A stretch of DNA of 64,000 bases from positions 3,596,001 to 3,660,000 of the forward strand of contig NC_058368.1 of the NCBI RefSeq assembly GCF_018350175.1. Reading direction: 5' to 3'. Below the pieces are notes generated by a model. That model was not told the origin of the DNA. It made no database searches and saw only the letters and a program-made list of their open reading frames with translations. Source of the stretch: Felis catus (Eukaryota). The position numbers and the translations under genes are program-made. Shown one piece after another: positions 47,864 through 59,735 of the stretch (position 1 is its first letter; each line of letters starts with the position of its first letter).

Positions 47864-48304
47864 AGTCCCTGTAAGGGAGCAGATCAGGAGGACCCGATGA
47901 AGCCCTCTCGCGGATACAGTGGAGAAGGACAGAAGCCAGTGATGGCACAGAAACCTACAGAATACCGGCATGAACGGCAGACAGTGTGAGATCAGCTGCT
48001 CCTGAAACGCAAGCTCATACTCACAGGCATCAGGGAGATGGAAGCTGATAGAGCAAAAGGAAGGCAAAAGCTGCAGACGCCAAAGCATCGGGGCTGAGAC
48101 TCAGCACCAACGCTGAACGCATAGCAAAGTCTACCCCCTACTTCTCCTGAAGGGAATAACAAAGTAGAAATGCTGGAAAGGGCCGAGATTCCAAGCAACG
48201 AAGCATGATGCTCAGAGCACTGAGATCTGGGGGAAAACTGTAAGTGCAACATGTTTGTATTCACTGGGGAACTGAGTTACCTACACTTTCGCATCTACTC
48301 CTTC

Positions 48305-48499
48305 TTTTTATGTTTATTTTTGAGACAGAGAGAAATAGAGCATGAGTGGGGAGGGGCAGAGAGAGAGGGAGACACAGAATCCAAAGCAGGCTCCAAGCCG
48401 TGAGCACACAGCCCGATGAGGGGCTCGAACCCACAAACCGTGAGATCATGACCTGAGCCCAAGTCAGACGCTCAACCGACTGAGCCACCAAGGCGCCCC
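48305..48499 (-). mobile_element. Can-SINE
   Basis: full reverse SINE. Confidence 0.95.
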
Positions 48500-49086
48500 A
48501 TGTGTTTACTCATTCTTGAGAGATGGGCTTCTTCTGTGTTCCCGGGATGCCCCCAGTGTGTTTCCCCACGTCTGTAAATAAAGGTTCTGCACGTCCGAAT
48601 GGTTTGTTTTGCTTGCTAGTAAGTTCCTACAGAATGTGTCAACATGGGATAACTATAAATAAATTTCTTATGTTGATATTACAAAAATTTATCAAAATAC
48701 TGTATATTTCATGGCTCATATGTAAATTCAGCAGGAAGTCTGACCCTAGCTGGGTGTGCATGTATATCTTTTCCAGAATAGTGAATTAGCATCAGCACTT
48801 AAAATAATCACTTTAATATTTTCATTGGGGTTATAATGCCTTTTAAAAGGACTAGATTATATACTTCTATGATTTGTTTTAATAAATTTTTCAATGACTG
48901 AAAACTACTTTTTTTTCAAAAAATCAGTATATTAACCTAAAATACATGGACATATTTGCAACTTTGTGTAAACTCTGTTTGGTATCTCTAGCATGATTTA
49001 ATGTCAATCACATCACTTTAACACGGAATCCTCCAACATTGTTCATTATCAACACTACTTTCTTGCACTCAAAGATTGTCTTGTGT

Positions 49087-49510
49087 ATTCATCGGTTTAT
49101 AGACACAATGGAGTACTACGTGGCAATGAGAAAGAATGAAATATGGCCCTTTGTAGCAACGTGGATGGACCTGGAGAGTGTGATGCTAAGTGAAATAAGT
49201 CATACAGAGAAGGACAGATTCCATATGTTTTCACTCTTATGTGGATCCTGAGAAACTTAACAGAAGACCATGGGGGAGGGGAAGAAAAAAAAAAAAAGAG
49301 GCTAGAGTAGGAGAGAGCCAAAGCATAAGAGACTCTTAAAAACTTAGAACAAACTGAGGGCTGATGGGGGGTGGGAGGGAGAGGAGGGTGGGTGATGGGT
49401 ATTGAGGAGGGCACCTGTTGGGATGAGCATTGGGTGTTGTATGGAAACCAATTTGACAATAAATTTCATATATTAAAAAATAAATAAACAAACAAAAAGA
49501 GAAAAAAACA
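49087..49510 (+). mobile_element. young 5'-truncated feline L1 3' end
   Basis: perfect 17-bp TSD CAAAGATTGTCTTGTGT at 49070-49086 and 49511-49527; ORF2p end TMEYYVAMRKNEIWPFVATWMDLE. Confidence 0.97.
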
Positions 49511-49715
49511 CAAAGATTGTCTTGTGTGGGGATACAGGTTCACAAATTCCTTATATTTACATAAATGGGACAGAAAAAAGCTTAGGATAGAAAGCTGCCA
49601 CCATGGGGCAAACATGCCCAAGGTTAGTTGGTGAGATGTTAGAATGAGATCATGAATAACTTGTTATATCACCTGCAGGAAACTACTTTCCATCTGATGC
49701 CAATATACTATTGTG

Positions 49716-49938
49716 CTTTTTTTTAAATTTTTTGATGTTTATTTATTTTTGAGAGAGAGGGAGAGATGGATTGTGAGTGGGGGAGGGGCAGAGAGAGAGG
49801 GAGACACCGAATCCGAAGCAGGCTCCAGGCTCCAAGCTGTCAGCACAGAGCTCAGCGTGGGGCTTGAACTCACGAGCCATGAGATCATGACCTGAGCTGA
49901 AGTCGGACGCTTAACCAACAGAGCCACCCAGGTGCCTC
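49716..49938 (-). mobile_element. Can-SINE
   Basis: TSD TATACTATTGTGCTTT. Confidence 0.97.
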
Positions 49939-50234
49939 TATACTATTGTGCTTTGATCACAAACTCCACTTGCCCCCTTGACCCTTTGCTTCCTTACACA
50001 CACAAGTTAATGATTACTATCTGATGGTTTTCTTCACGTTCACCACGTGTGTGAGATCTTGAGCTCTCAATGAATACAGAGATGAAATCCTTGTTCGGGG
50101 CTCTTGTCTCCTCCCAGACATTAGCCTCTCTCATATTCAATTCTGCATCTGCTCTCTTGCTGGACAAGAGAGAACCGCAGACTCCTCGTCTGCAACAGTC
50201 TTGCACCCAAAGAGCTGGAATAGTGTACCTATCA

Positions 50235-50385
50235 AGAACAATGGCTCCAGACTCAGAATGTCTGTATTTAAACCCCAGCTCCTTCCTGTATGCCTTGCTT
50301 AACCTCACAGAGTTTGTGTGATTAGATGAGATAATATTGTAAACTGCCTGACATGTAGTAGATGCTCAATAAATTTTAGCTGCTG
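50235..50385 (+). mobile_element. MIR relic
   Basis: aaaccccagctcc..cttaacctc..gattagatgagataat..gctcaataaat. Confidence 0.75.
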
Positions 50386-51084
50386 AAATAATGAAGAAGG
50401 AGAAGGATGAAAAGCTAGGATTAGAAAGTCACTGGTTAATGATGACACTCTTCTAGTGGTTCTTAGGGTCAGTGGATGAAGGCAGTAGGAACCCAGGATG
50501 CTGATTTTCAAGTTCAGCCCTTGCTCTGTGCTGACAGGCATATACACCTGCAGAGGTGGCGTGAGATAGGAGATACCTGGCTCTGACAGGTGATTGCCAT
50601 TCTACTCTTCAGTGCATCTTCAGGTGACTAAGCATGTGTCCAAATGCCCTCCGGGACAACCCGTCCAACGAACTTGTAATTACTGACAGACGGTTTTCTT
50701 GCACTGTCCATAATATCTGTAACATCACATATTTTATGCACTGCATTTCAGTTCATTTCTCTGTACAATGTTTGGGGAGGGGGAATAAGGGTAATAATAG
50801 CTCAGAAATATGCAGATGAATTGAAACATGTCTATATCAGTCTCTAAATTTCTTAAACAATGACCTGTCATCCATATTCAATCAGAAACACCATAATTAA
50901 GGCATAAACTTTGAGCTGTTTCGGTAAATCGCAGTCCTTAAGCCAACTTCATCACCCCTTCCAACCAGGCATTCACAAATTCTGGCACTCATGGTTCTCG
51001 GGAACACACCTTTTCCCATATTTTGGCCTCTATTTCTCATCTATAAAATAACCCAATGTTAGTTACTAAGAGTCACCACTTTCC

Positions 51085-51255
51085 AGGGCACCTGGGTGGC
51101 TCAGTCGGTTAAGCATCCAACATCAGCTCAGGTCATGATCTCATACCTCAGCAGCTCATGGGTTTGAGCCCCGTGTTGAGCTCTGTGCTGACAGCTCAGA
51201 GCCTGGAGCCTGCTTCCGGGCTTTATTTATAAAATAAAATAAAAATAAAAATATT
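51085..51255 (+). mobile_element. Can-SINE lacking its CT-rich segment
   Basis: head through gagcctgcttc joined directly to an A/T tail. Confidence 0.9.
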
Positions 51256-51302
51256 TTAAATACTTTTTTTAAAAAAGATTCCCTCACTTTCCAAACCCTT
51301 AG

Positions 51303-51375
51303 GATTTAATGGGATACATCCATAAAGTTGATGGCTCAAGTTGTAACAGCTTGTGACGGTAAAACAGATACAAAG
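51303..51375 (+). other. candidate exon (73 nt), possibly with start MAQVVTACDGKTDTK
   Basis: acceptor ccctcactttccaaacccttag|, donor AAG|GTAAGC. Confidence 0.22.
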
Positions 51376-51905
51376 GTAAGCCGTTCCCCCAGAATTTGAA
51401 GCTGTCTCCAATGACCTCATGGAGTTCTGCAATCCAGTGAGAGAACCGGACTCCATAACAAGCTGTGTTTTATGTTACTTCACATTTGTTACCTGTATAG
51501 ATAGACGCGTCTGCATAGATTGTGTCTGTAAACTATATTTTTATTAGCGTTAGACAAACATGTAACTAAAGTGACATTCAGGATTGCTTCGTATGATACA
51601 GTTATTATGGAAAAGGTGTATACAGTTGCCATCTGTGCTCAAAGATAACATAACTCATTCCCGATGATTCTGTAAAACCACTAAACTGAAACCCAAGGAC
51701 AGTCACCACTCTCTTTTGAGTGTCATTGAGCGTCTGCAAAATCAGTAGTGACAACATGCACCGGGAGCAACCAAAGCTACTGAAGCAGAAAAGAACTTAA
51801 TTAGCCCATCCTATTATCTCAAAACCTCTGAAAAAAAGCTTTTTTGTGATCTCTCCTGTTTTGCAAATCATGTTTTCCTTTTTAATTAAAGCATCATGTA
51901 AAGAA

Positions 51906-51917
51906 ACACACACACAC

Positions 51918-51956
<39 letters not shown>
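51906..51956. repeat. (CA)n microsatellite
   Basis: direct reading. Confidence 0.97.
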
Positions 51957-51957
<1 letters not shown>

Positions 51958-51990
51958 TATTTCAATACCAAGAGCAAATCTGGAAGGAGT

Positions 51991-52024
51991 AGCCAATGCT
52001 GGCCTCCAGCGGGCCGCCATATTG
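51991..52024. promoter_or_regulatory. motif cluster: CCAAT box, CTCF-like site, YY1 site
   Basis: AGCCAATG at 51991, TGGCCTCCAGCGGGC at 52000, GCCGCCATATTG at 52013; motif match only. Confidence 0.35.
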
Positions 52025-52903
52025 CAGGGGCAGCAGGCCCAGCAGGCATTCCTCTCTAACGGTAAACACCGCCCTCACCCCCACTGGGAAAATGACCCAA
52101 CCAGCAGGGTCAGAATCGTGCTCTCTCAGCACCACCCCACCCCCTCCGATTCTATCATCTCTTTCTGCTTCCTTACCACCACTGGGAAAGCCTGGGTTGT
52201 CTTCTGAAAATGTCTTTCCTTGCTTTTATCTCTAACAAAGATGTCCTTCAAATCTTATCAAACTTAGCTGTCACACATAAATTCGGGTGCATCCGGTATA
52301 AGTATTTGCTGGAATATAAGCGTACGACTGACTATTTGAACGCCGGCAATTCCATATAGTGTCCAGTTTTTCCGTCCTCCTGCTGCTTTACTAATATGAC
52401 TTGTTAAATATTTCACAAGCCCACATGTACCACCAACGTAAAACTCATCTCATCTGGTAGAAGGGAACACGCTGATTTATAGAACAGGTAGTTTAGGAAG
52501 TAACTAACCACCTTATTTATTTATTTATTTACTTACTTATTTATTTTACTTTTGAAAAAGCATTTGGAAAACTGAAGTTCAAATGTATAGTACACAGAAA
52601 GGCACAGGTCCTCCTGGATCCATATAAAGTCTATGTGGATGTGTGTGCATCGTCTCTGGAAACAATTGGCCCAGCAAAACTGGTGGAGGAATCTCTTACT
52701 CTTCCTTGTAGGATTTGTCTCTATTCTCTTCATGGTTCCAACTTTCGTATTTTTGTATACACACGTACATCTGCATAGATTGTGTCTATAAGCTCAGTTT
52801 TTGTAGCAGTAGACAGTTTCAACTTTTGTATTTTTCTGGGACCTGCATTACCCTTTTTCATGCTTTCTTCCTACTTTGATTTTTCCTAAGCCAATGTCAG
52901 AGA

Positions 52904-52905
52904 TT

Positions 52906-52960
<55 letters not shown>
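52904..52960. repeat. (TTTC)n microsatellite
   Basis: direct reading; adjoins an antisense L1 3' end. Confidence 0.97.
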
Positions 52961-52961
<1 letters not shown>

Positions 52962-52964
52962 TTT

Positions 52965-53315
52965 TTCATCACCTATATAACCCACCACATCAAGTAACCA
53001 TCAGTTTATCCTCCATAGCTAAGACCCTGTTTCTTGGTTTGTCTCTCTCTCTGTCTCTCTTTTTACTCTCTTTTTCTCTTTGCTTTTTTTGTTTTGTTTC
53101 TTAGATCCCACATATGAATGGCATTGTCTGATATTTGTCTTTCTCTGACTAATTTTGCTTAGCATTATACTCTCTGGATCCATCCATGTTGTTGCAAATG
53201 GCAAGATTTCGTTGTTTTTCATGGCCGAGTAATATTCCATTGTATATATGTATCACCTCTTCTTTATCCATTCATCCATCGGTGGACACTTGGCTGCTTC
53301 CATAGTTTGGCTTCT
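52965..53315 (-). mobile_element. LINE-1 3' fragment
   Basis: MEYYSAMKNNEILPFATTWMDPESIMLS. Confidence 0.93.
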
Positions 53316-54850
53316 GCAGTGGAGGAGATTCAGTGACAGCGATGGTGGTAATCATGACGGAGGACAGGAGGCCACGGGAGGCAAAGCCCTCTGCTCCCCC
53401 CAGCCCCCCCGCAACAGCTACTGCCTTCCCAGCCCAGCACCGATCTTCCTGGGGCACTTCTTCGCGTTGCCTTGATGCATCCTCCTCCTGATTCCGACTT
53501 CTTTACCCCATTCCCTATGCAAAAAGGATGCATAGACCCACTGAATCAGGGTTTCTCTCTGACATCCAGAGGATTATCATTTCAGATGCTATTTTTTCAT
53601 TGACATCCTAACAGACCTGCCATCATCACATCATGTGTGCCCTGCTTTTTCCCACAAGGTCTAAAGGGGAAAAGGGAAAGAAGAGGAAAAAGTAAGAGAG
53701 GACAGACTCTCTTTCCGATTGTAGCTATTTGGTAACACACATCACTACTGCCATCCTCCCCCAAATCAAAAGACCCCTTGTGCATGCTCGGGACAAAACC
53801 ATAAAGGAGTGACAAACTCTGGCTCCCTCAGGAAGCAGTAGTGAGTTCTGGCTTTGAAGAGGCCAGGGACACAGGCATTAACACTGGCCACGGAGGATTT
53901 TGCCCGTAACAACTCGCTGTCCTACTAAAATGCTTTAATGTTTCGCTCCATAAGAAAAAAAAACGAGGGAGGATAATCGACATAAAAGTTGGCCTGCACT
54001 TTGGTGCTAGTCTGGCAATAAATTACTACACATAATGTGATTTCAAGGCAATAATAGTCTTTGAAAGCTATCATTGAACCACACCTCATTCATAAATTGA
54101 CTGCTGACCACGTACAACTGATCTTTTGCCCGTTCACTGGGATGATCACTGTTATGCGGTGACAGGGAGGAGGTGGTGACCAGAACAAAGAGTCTCACCC
54201 TGGGGAGGGAGTTGATGGCACACTGTGACCTCGGGGGGGGGGTGGTCTGAAGGAGATGATGCAGCCCCAGGGAACATCGCTTGGTAGAAGAAAGCGATTT
54301 ATGTTGCTGGCTTTTTACCTTGGACGTGTAAAAGAAAGGTCCCACTTAGAAAAGAAATACTGACCAAAAAAATATGCATTCTGTGGAGGATTCCGCTATA
54401 CACAGGAAATACACAATGCTGGTAACTTCTCTTTTATTCTAGAATATTTTTAATTCATCAGTTAACTTGGTTTTTCCATTTCAAGGTTGTGTATTGTGAC
54501 ATCTTAACTATACCAGAAAATATAAACATTTGCAAATTTCACTTTTCATAGACTTGTTCTTGAAATTCATAAAAAGTTGTTTATGACATAATTTTCTTAG
54601 TAGAATGTTAACTCACATGGAAGGCATAGGCTTTTATGGCTCATTTTTCTCTAAAACCTTCACCAATTCTGACTCTTACGGTCATATTTTTTTCCTCATC
54701 TCTATGTTCCCCCACCTCCCACCAAAAATTACAGCAAAGCAACGAAGTAACCCTTATGAGGGTGATTTACAATACGTGACTATTGCTTCTGACTGATTTT
54801 TGTTCCATATTCTTTCAAATATTAATGTCAATGTAGGTTTATGTGACTCC

Positions 54851-54852
<2 letters not shown>

Positions 54853-54900
<48 letters not shown>
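54853..54900. repeat. (GT)n microsatellite
   Basis: direct reading. Confidence 0.97.
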
Positions 54901-54904
<4 letters not shown>

Positions 54905-55565
54905 ATCTACCTCTGGAAGTTTGCAATGTCCTAGACGAGAAGGGATAGGAGCAGAAAAATGTCCACCTTTGGCCCAGAAGGATGACCTATAGCCTGCATG
55001 GTTTAGATAAGGATCACATACATGATGGTTCCTACATTCTTAAAGTGTCTGACGACTGCCTGTACATTTCACCAATAGTGAACACTGAGCTGAATGATAG
55101 GTACCACAGAAGTCTTATGAAAGCAGTCTTACAAGGGCGCCTGGGTGGCTCAGTCAGGTAAGCATCCAACTCTTGATTCCGGCTCAGGTCATGATCGCAC
55201 AGTTCATGAGTTTGAGCCCAGCATCAGGTTCTGTGCCAACAGTGCTAAGCCTGCTTGGGATTCTCTGTCTCCCTCTCTCTCTCTCTCTGCTCCCTCCACC
55301 CCTGTTCACACTCTCTCTCAAAAATAAACATTAAAAAAAAAGAAAGTAGTTCTACGAATAGAAATTCAAAGAAGACGTTTATGATCTAATATTCCCTGCA
55401 CATCTCCTCCCCCTTAAACACTAAGCATATAATCACCAGCTTCATACAGCAAAAGAGTGACTCTTTCTGCCCATGGGTCCTGTCTGTGTACTTTAATAAA
55501 AGCACCTTTTTGCACCGAAAATGTCTCAAGAATTCTTTCTTGACCATTCACTCAAGGCCACATAT
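54900..55565 (+). mobile_element. ERV LTR split by a SINE
   Basis: catataa (TATA-like), ctctttctgcccatgggtcctgtc, aataaaagcacctttttgcacc..tctcaagaattctttcttg; LTR-like U3-R-U5 layout. Confidence 0.65.
55134..55342 (+). mobile_element. Can-SINE
   Basis: full SINE, diverged TSD. Confidence 0.95.
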
Positions 55566-56434
55566 CTAGACTTTTGGTCTTAACTAGACCAAAATATATT
55601 ATTCCCAGGTATTTTTTTTTAAACACACACCAATACCATTGATTAAATTCTCCACATTGGAATCTAAAACTCTAATTTGATTTCATTCAGGCGCATTAGA
55701 TCCCAGGCTGTTACACTAAACTGCCGGTTGGTCCTCTTCCCAATGTCAGACCAAATCTGGTCACACAGCCCACAGAAGTGACTGGAGCAAGACCCCAGTA
55801 GCCACGTTAAAGGAGCAGTCCATATGCCCGGCTCAAGGCCTCCCTGGGGCTTTACTTCACCTTTACTTTGGCAAGACAGCTTCCTGTCTTCTCCATGATT
55901 ATAATCATGTTAGCCACTTGTCACCTTGCCACCTGCTAAAGGAAACAAATAACATAGAAGAGTGCCGTAAAATTACTCTCGGAGTCATTAATGAAAGCCT
56001 TAAAGACCTTTTCATTTTCTTCCTTTAGGCCAGCCATAATACAATTATCCTCTTAGGTTAAAATTTATTCTTCTGTAAACATAGGGTAAATTTAAACGAT
56101 AAAATACTGATTTCCATAGAGCTTGGTAGGCACACCTCAGAACTGAAATTGCACTTTATGATTTATAAGCTAAGCAAGCCAGGTTAAGCATTTTGACTTT
56201 TCTCCAGTTCCTTCAAATGGAATGCAGGTGGGGATTAAATAAAATGACCAAGTCATTAACAAATGCTACTTTCTTCCTTCCCGATGGCCTCCTATCACTT
56301 CTTTTTTATCTTTTCATTCTTCTGCTTCCCTCTCTCCACTCATTCCAAAGAGCATGTTGATTTCTTTAAATTCTGCTGTTTTTGTGCTATCCACAATGTT
56401 TCGGGAAACTTGCCATTTAAATTTCTAAAGGAGA

Positions 56435-56612
56435 GATTCAGCGTCAGGCTCTTAATTTCGGCTCAGGTCATGATGTCACCGATGATGAGATATAGCCCCA
56501 CATAGGGCTCCGTGAAGATAGCATGGAGCCTGCTGGGGATTCTCTCTCCCTATCTCTCTGCCCCTCCCTCCCCCGCCCCCGAAAAATAAATAAATAAGCA
56601 TTAAAAAATAAA
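56435..56612 (+). mobile_element. 5'-truncated Can-SINE
   Basis: body and tail present; TAAATTTCTAA on both flanks. Confidence 0.9.
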
Positions 56613-57319
56613 TTTCTAAGTGGACTGTCATCTTTTAACAGGGAATGACAATTCCCAACTGTCTTCAGCAACTGAATATCCCCATTAAGAGGACTGGGCA
56701 GGCGATGTTTGTGAATTGAACATACAGTATTCTTTACACAAAAGAAAACCCAGTCAAATAAATTAAGTATTGATGTCAGAAACATACTCCCTTTTGTATT
56801 TATGTTTTGGAAATGTCACAAGAAAGACTTCACCCAGAAAGCAACTGTAGAATCTCGGGCATTTGGGCTATGCCACATTTGGGTTAGTCATTTTAAGGAT
56901 TGACCTTGAGAATCCATTTATTCAAAAACATTCTCTACCTCCCTCTCTTTCTCTCTCAGCCATATAATATGCCAAGAGCTGGGTCTGACGTGCCTAGGTA
57001 CTTCACGTAAGTTTCTAAAGCCCACTATGAACCACCGATACCCACAATCTCACACACCACTGGGGACAGACAAGTAGTCAACTAAAACACATGTACTATA
57101 TATTTGGCAGAAGTAAGCGTCTGGACACCTAACCCGGAACAAGCAAGAAGGTTGGTCAAGGAAAGCTTCCTGAGGGAGATGGCATAATGGCATGTGTATT
57201 GATTCTTAAAGGAGAAGTAGGAGTAAGGTAGGAAAAGAAGTTGGGTAAAGACCTTACAGGTAGACAAAACAGTGTGTCGACCAAAATACCAGAGACTACG
57301 TTTTGAGACTTGGTTATTT

Positions 57320-57559
57320 TCTTTTTCTAGTTTTTTCTGTTTTTGTTTTTTGTTTTAACGTTTATTCATTTTTGAGACAGAGAGAGACATAGCATGAACA
57401 GGGGAGTGGCAGAGAGAGAGGGAGACACAGAATCGGAAGCAGGCACCAGGCTCTGACCTGTCAGCACGGAGCCTGATGCGGGGCTCGAACTCACGGACGG
57501 CGAGATCGTGACCTGAGCTGAAGTCAGAAGCTTAACCTACTGAGCCACCCAGGTGCCCC
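57320..57559 (-). mobile_element. Can-SINE
   Basis: full reverse SINE. Confidence 0.96.
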
Positions 57560-57589
57560 TGGATTTTTTTTTTTTAAGATTGTGTTTAA

Positions 57590-58690
57590 AAATCAACATT
57601 GCGTTGACGCTCTTTACAATTTTAAGAATGCATCTCAATAGTGTGAAGCATATTCACATTGTCGCACAACAGATCTCCTGAACTTTTGCGTCTTGCAGAA
57701 CTCAATCTCTCTAACTGTTCAACTGCAGACCACAAGACAATGTGAAACCGAGAACTTTGTTCCTCACCGGTCCTGGAGTGTGTCCACAACATCCCTCGAG
57801 AGGCCCCCTGGGGAGGTCAAGGCAGAGTGCAGACTGAAAGAGAGACGGGATCTGGGGATGTGCCTTTGCTAGGGTCCACGGGTAGAGGGCTTTGGGGTTT
57901 CTGGATTAGGGCCAGATTGGTCCATTTCAACCAAAAGAGTGAAGTTTTGGTATGCTGCGTGGGAGGTTCCCAGGGCTTACAAGTGGTCCATAAAGCGTAT
58001 GACACTGAAAGGTGGGAGGCTGTTTATCACAAGGCTGTTGGCAAAGTCATGTCTGGAACTTACATTTGCATATGACTCTGCAGGCTGCCGGGCTGGGCTG
58101 GTGCTTGCAGGAGGGACCGAAGGTCAGTTTGGGCGCCCGCAGGCCACTTGGCCAAACAAAATGGATGAAGAGGCAACAATACGGAGGAGTAGTTTAGCTA
58201 AACTCTCGATGTATGTTGTACAAGGTAAAAGGTTTTCCTTTATTTCCAAGGCTGAGTGATATCCCATTGTATGCATATACCACGTTTTCTTTATCCATTT
58301 ATCCACTGATGGACTTTTGGACTACTTGTACCTCATGGTTATTGTGAAGAATGCTGGAGTGAAAAATGGCTGTGCTTATTGAATTCTTTTGACTAGTACC
58401 CAGAAATGGAATCGCTGGATTATACGGTAATTCTATTTTTTTGAGGCACCTGCACCATTTTATATTCCCAACAACAGAGCACAAGCATTCTAATTTGGCT
58501 ACATTTTCGCCAGTTGGCTGTTTTCTGTTCTTTTGATAGTGACCATCTCAAAGGGGGTAAGATGGTATTTCGTTATAGTTTAATTTGCATTTCTCTTCTG
58601 ATTAGTGGTGTTAGGCATCTTTTCATATGCTCGTTGGCCATTTGTACAACTTCTTTGGAGACTTGTCTATACAAATCCTTCTGCGCATTT
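57590..58690 (-). mobile_element. old LINE-1 3' region, interrupted by an LTR-like insert
   Basis: MDKWIKKTWYMHTMGYHSA; IELPYNPAIPFLG. Confidence 0.85.
57741..58211 (-). mobile_element. LTR-like insert (ERV class, family unassigned)
   Basis: GC-richer 470-bp block starting TGTG inside L1; octamer ATTTGCAT at about 58065. Confidence 0.5.
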
Positions 58691-59511
58691 TGCAGGGAGA
58701 GGGGAAGAAAGAAAGAAAACAGTCTTTATTCAGAAGATGTGATTTTCTTCTTTGTTTTCCATTTTAATTGAAACGTAATTGACATATAATATTGTTTTAG
58801 TTTAAGGTGTACAACGTAATGACTTAATATATGTGTGTGCTGTGAAATGATTACCCCAACAGATTTCGTTAACATCCATCAGTTCACACAGTTATAGTGT
58901 TGTTGCTGTTTTTTATAATGAGAACTTTTAAGATCTACTCTCTTAACAACTCACAAATAAATACATATTACCGTACTGTTACCTACAGTCGCCATGTTGT
59001 ATATTATATCCCCAGAACCTATTTACCTTAAAACTGGAAGTTTTTACCTTTAGACCACCTTTACCTACTTTTCCCATGACCCACCCCCACACTTCTGGAA
59101 GCCACTAATGTATTCTGTTTCCATCAGTTTGTTGTTTTTTCTTTTTCAGATTCCACATATAAGTGAGATCATATAGTATTTGTTTTTCTCTTTCTGACAT
59201 ATTTCACTTAGAACCCTCAAGGACAATCCATGTTGTCACAAATGTCAAAATTTGCTTTTTTATGACTTATGGCTGACAAATATTACAGTGTGTGTATGTG
59301 TGTGTGTGTGTGTGTATACCACATATATAACTTAAGTGTGCATTGACTGATGAATGGATAAAGAAATTGTGGCATATATATGTAAATATATATATTATAT
59401 TGATATAGATACATATGTTGATATCATATACTTACAATAAATAAATTCTGAGGATATAATATACTACCTGGTGACTATAGTTATCAATACCGTATTACAT
59501 ATTTATTTGCA

Positions 59512-59735
59512 TGTTTGTTTTTTTAATTTTTTAAGCGTATTAATTCATTTTGAGAGAGACAGAGACAGTGTGAGTGGGGGAGGGGCAGAGAGAGAGAGGG
59601 AGACCCAGAATCCCAAGCAGCCTCTGCACTGTCAGCACAGAACCCAATGCGGGGCTTGAGCTCACAAAACCATGAGATGACTGAGCCAAAACCAAGAGTC
59701 AAATGCTTAACTGACTGAGCCACCCAGGTGCCCCC
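59512..59735 (-). mobile_element. Can-SINE
   Basis: TSD CATATTTATTTGCA. Confidence 0.96.

Noticed and set aside
46560..48270. Purine-rich blocks flanking the MLT1 as exons
   Set aside because: Look like old repeat-internal sequence; no consistent frame or splice pairs, and family not assignable.
50006..50446. Two HNF1-like sites (GTTAATGATTAC, GTTAATGATGAC)
   Set aside because: Imperfect matches expected by chance in AT-rich DNA; no supporting context.
50547..50563. CTCF-like CTGCAGAGGTGGCG
   Set aside because: 5' half does not fit the core in either register.
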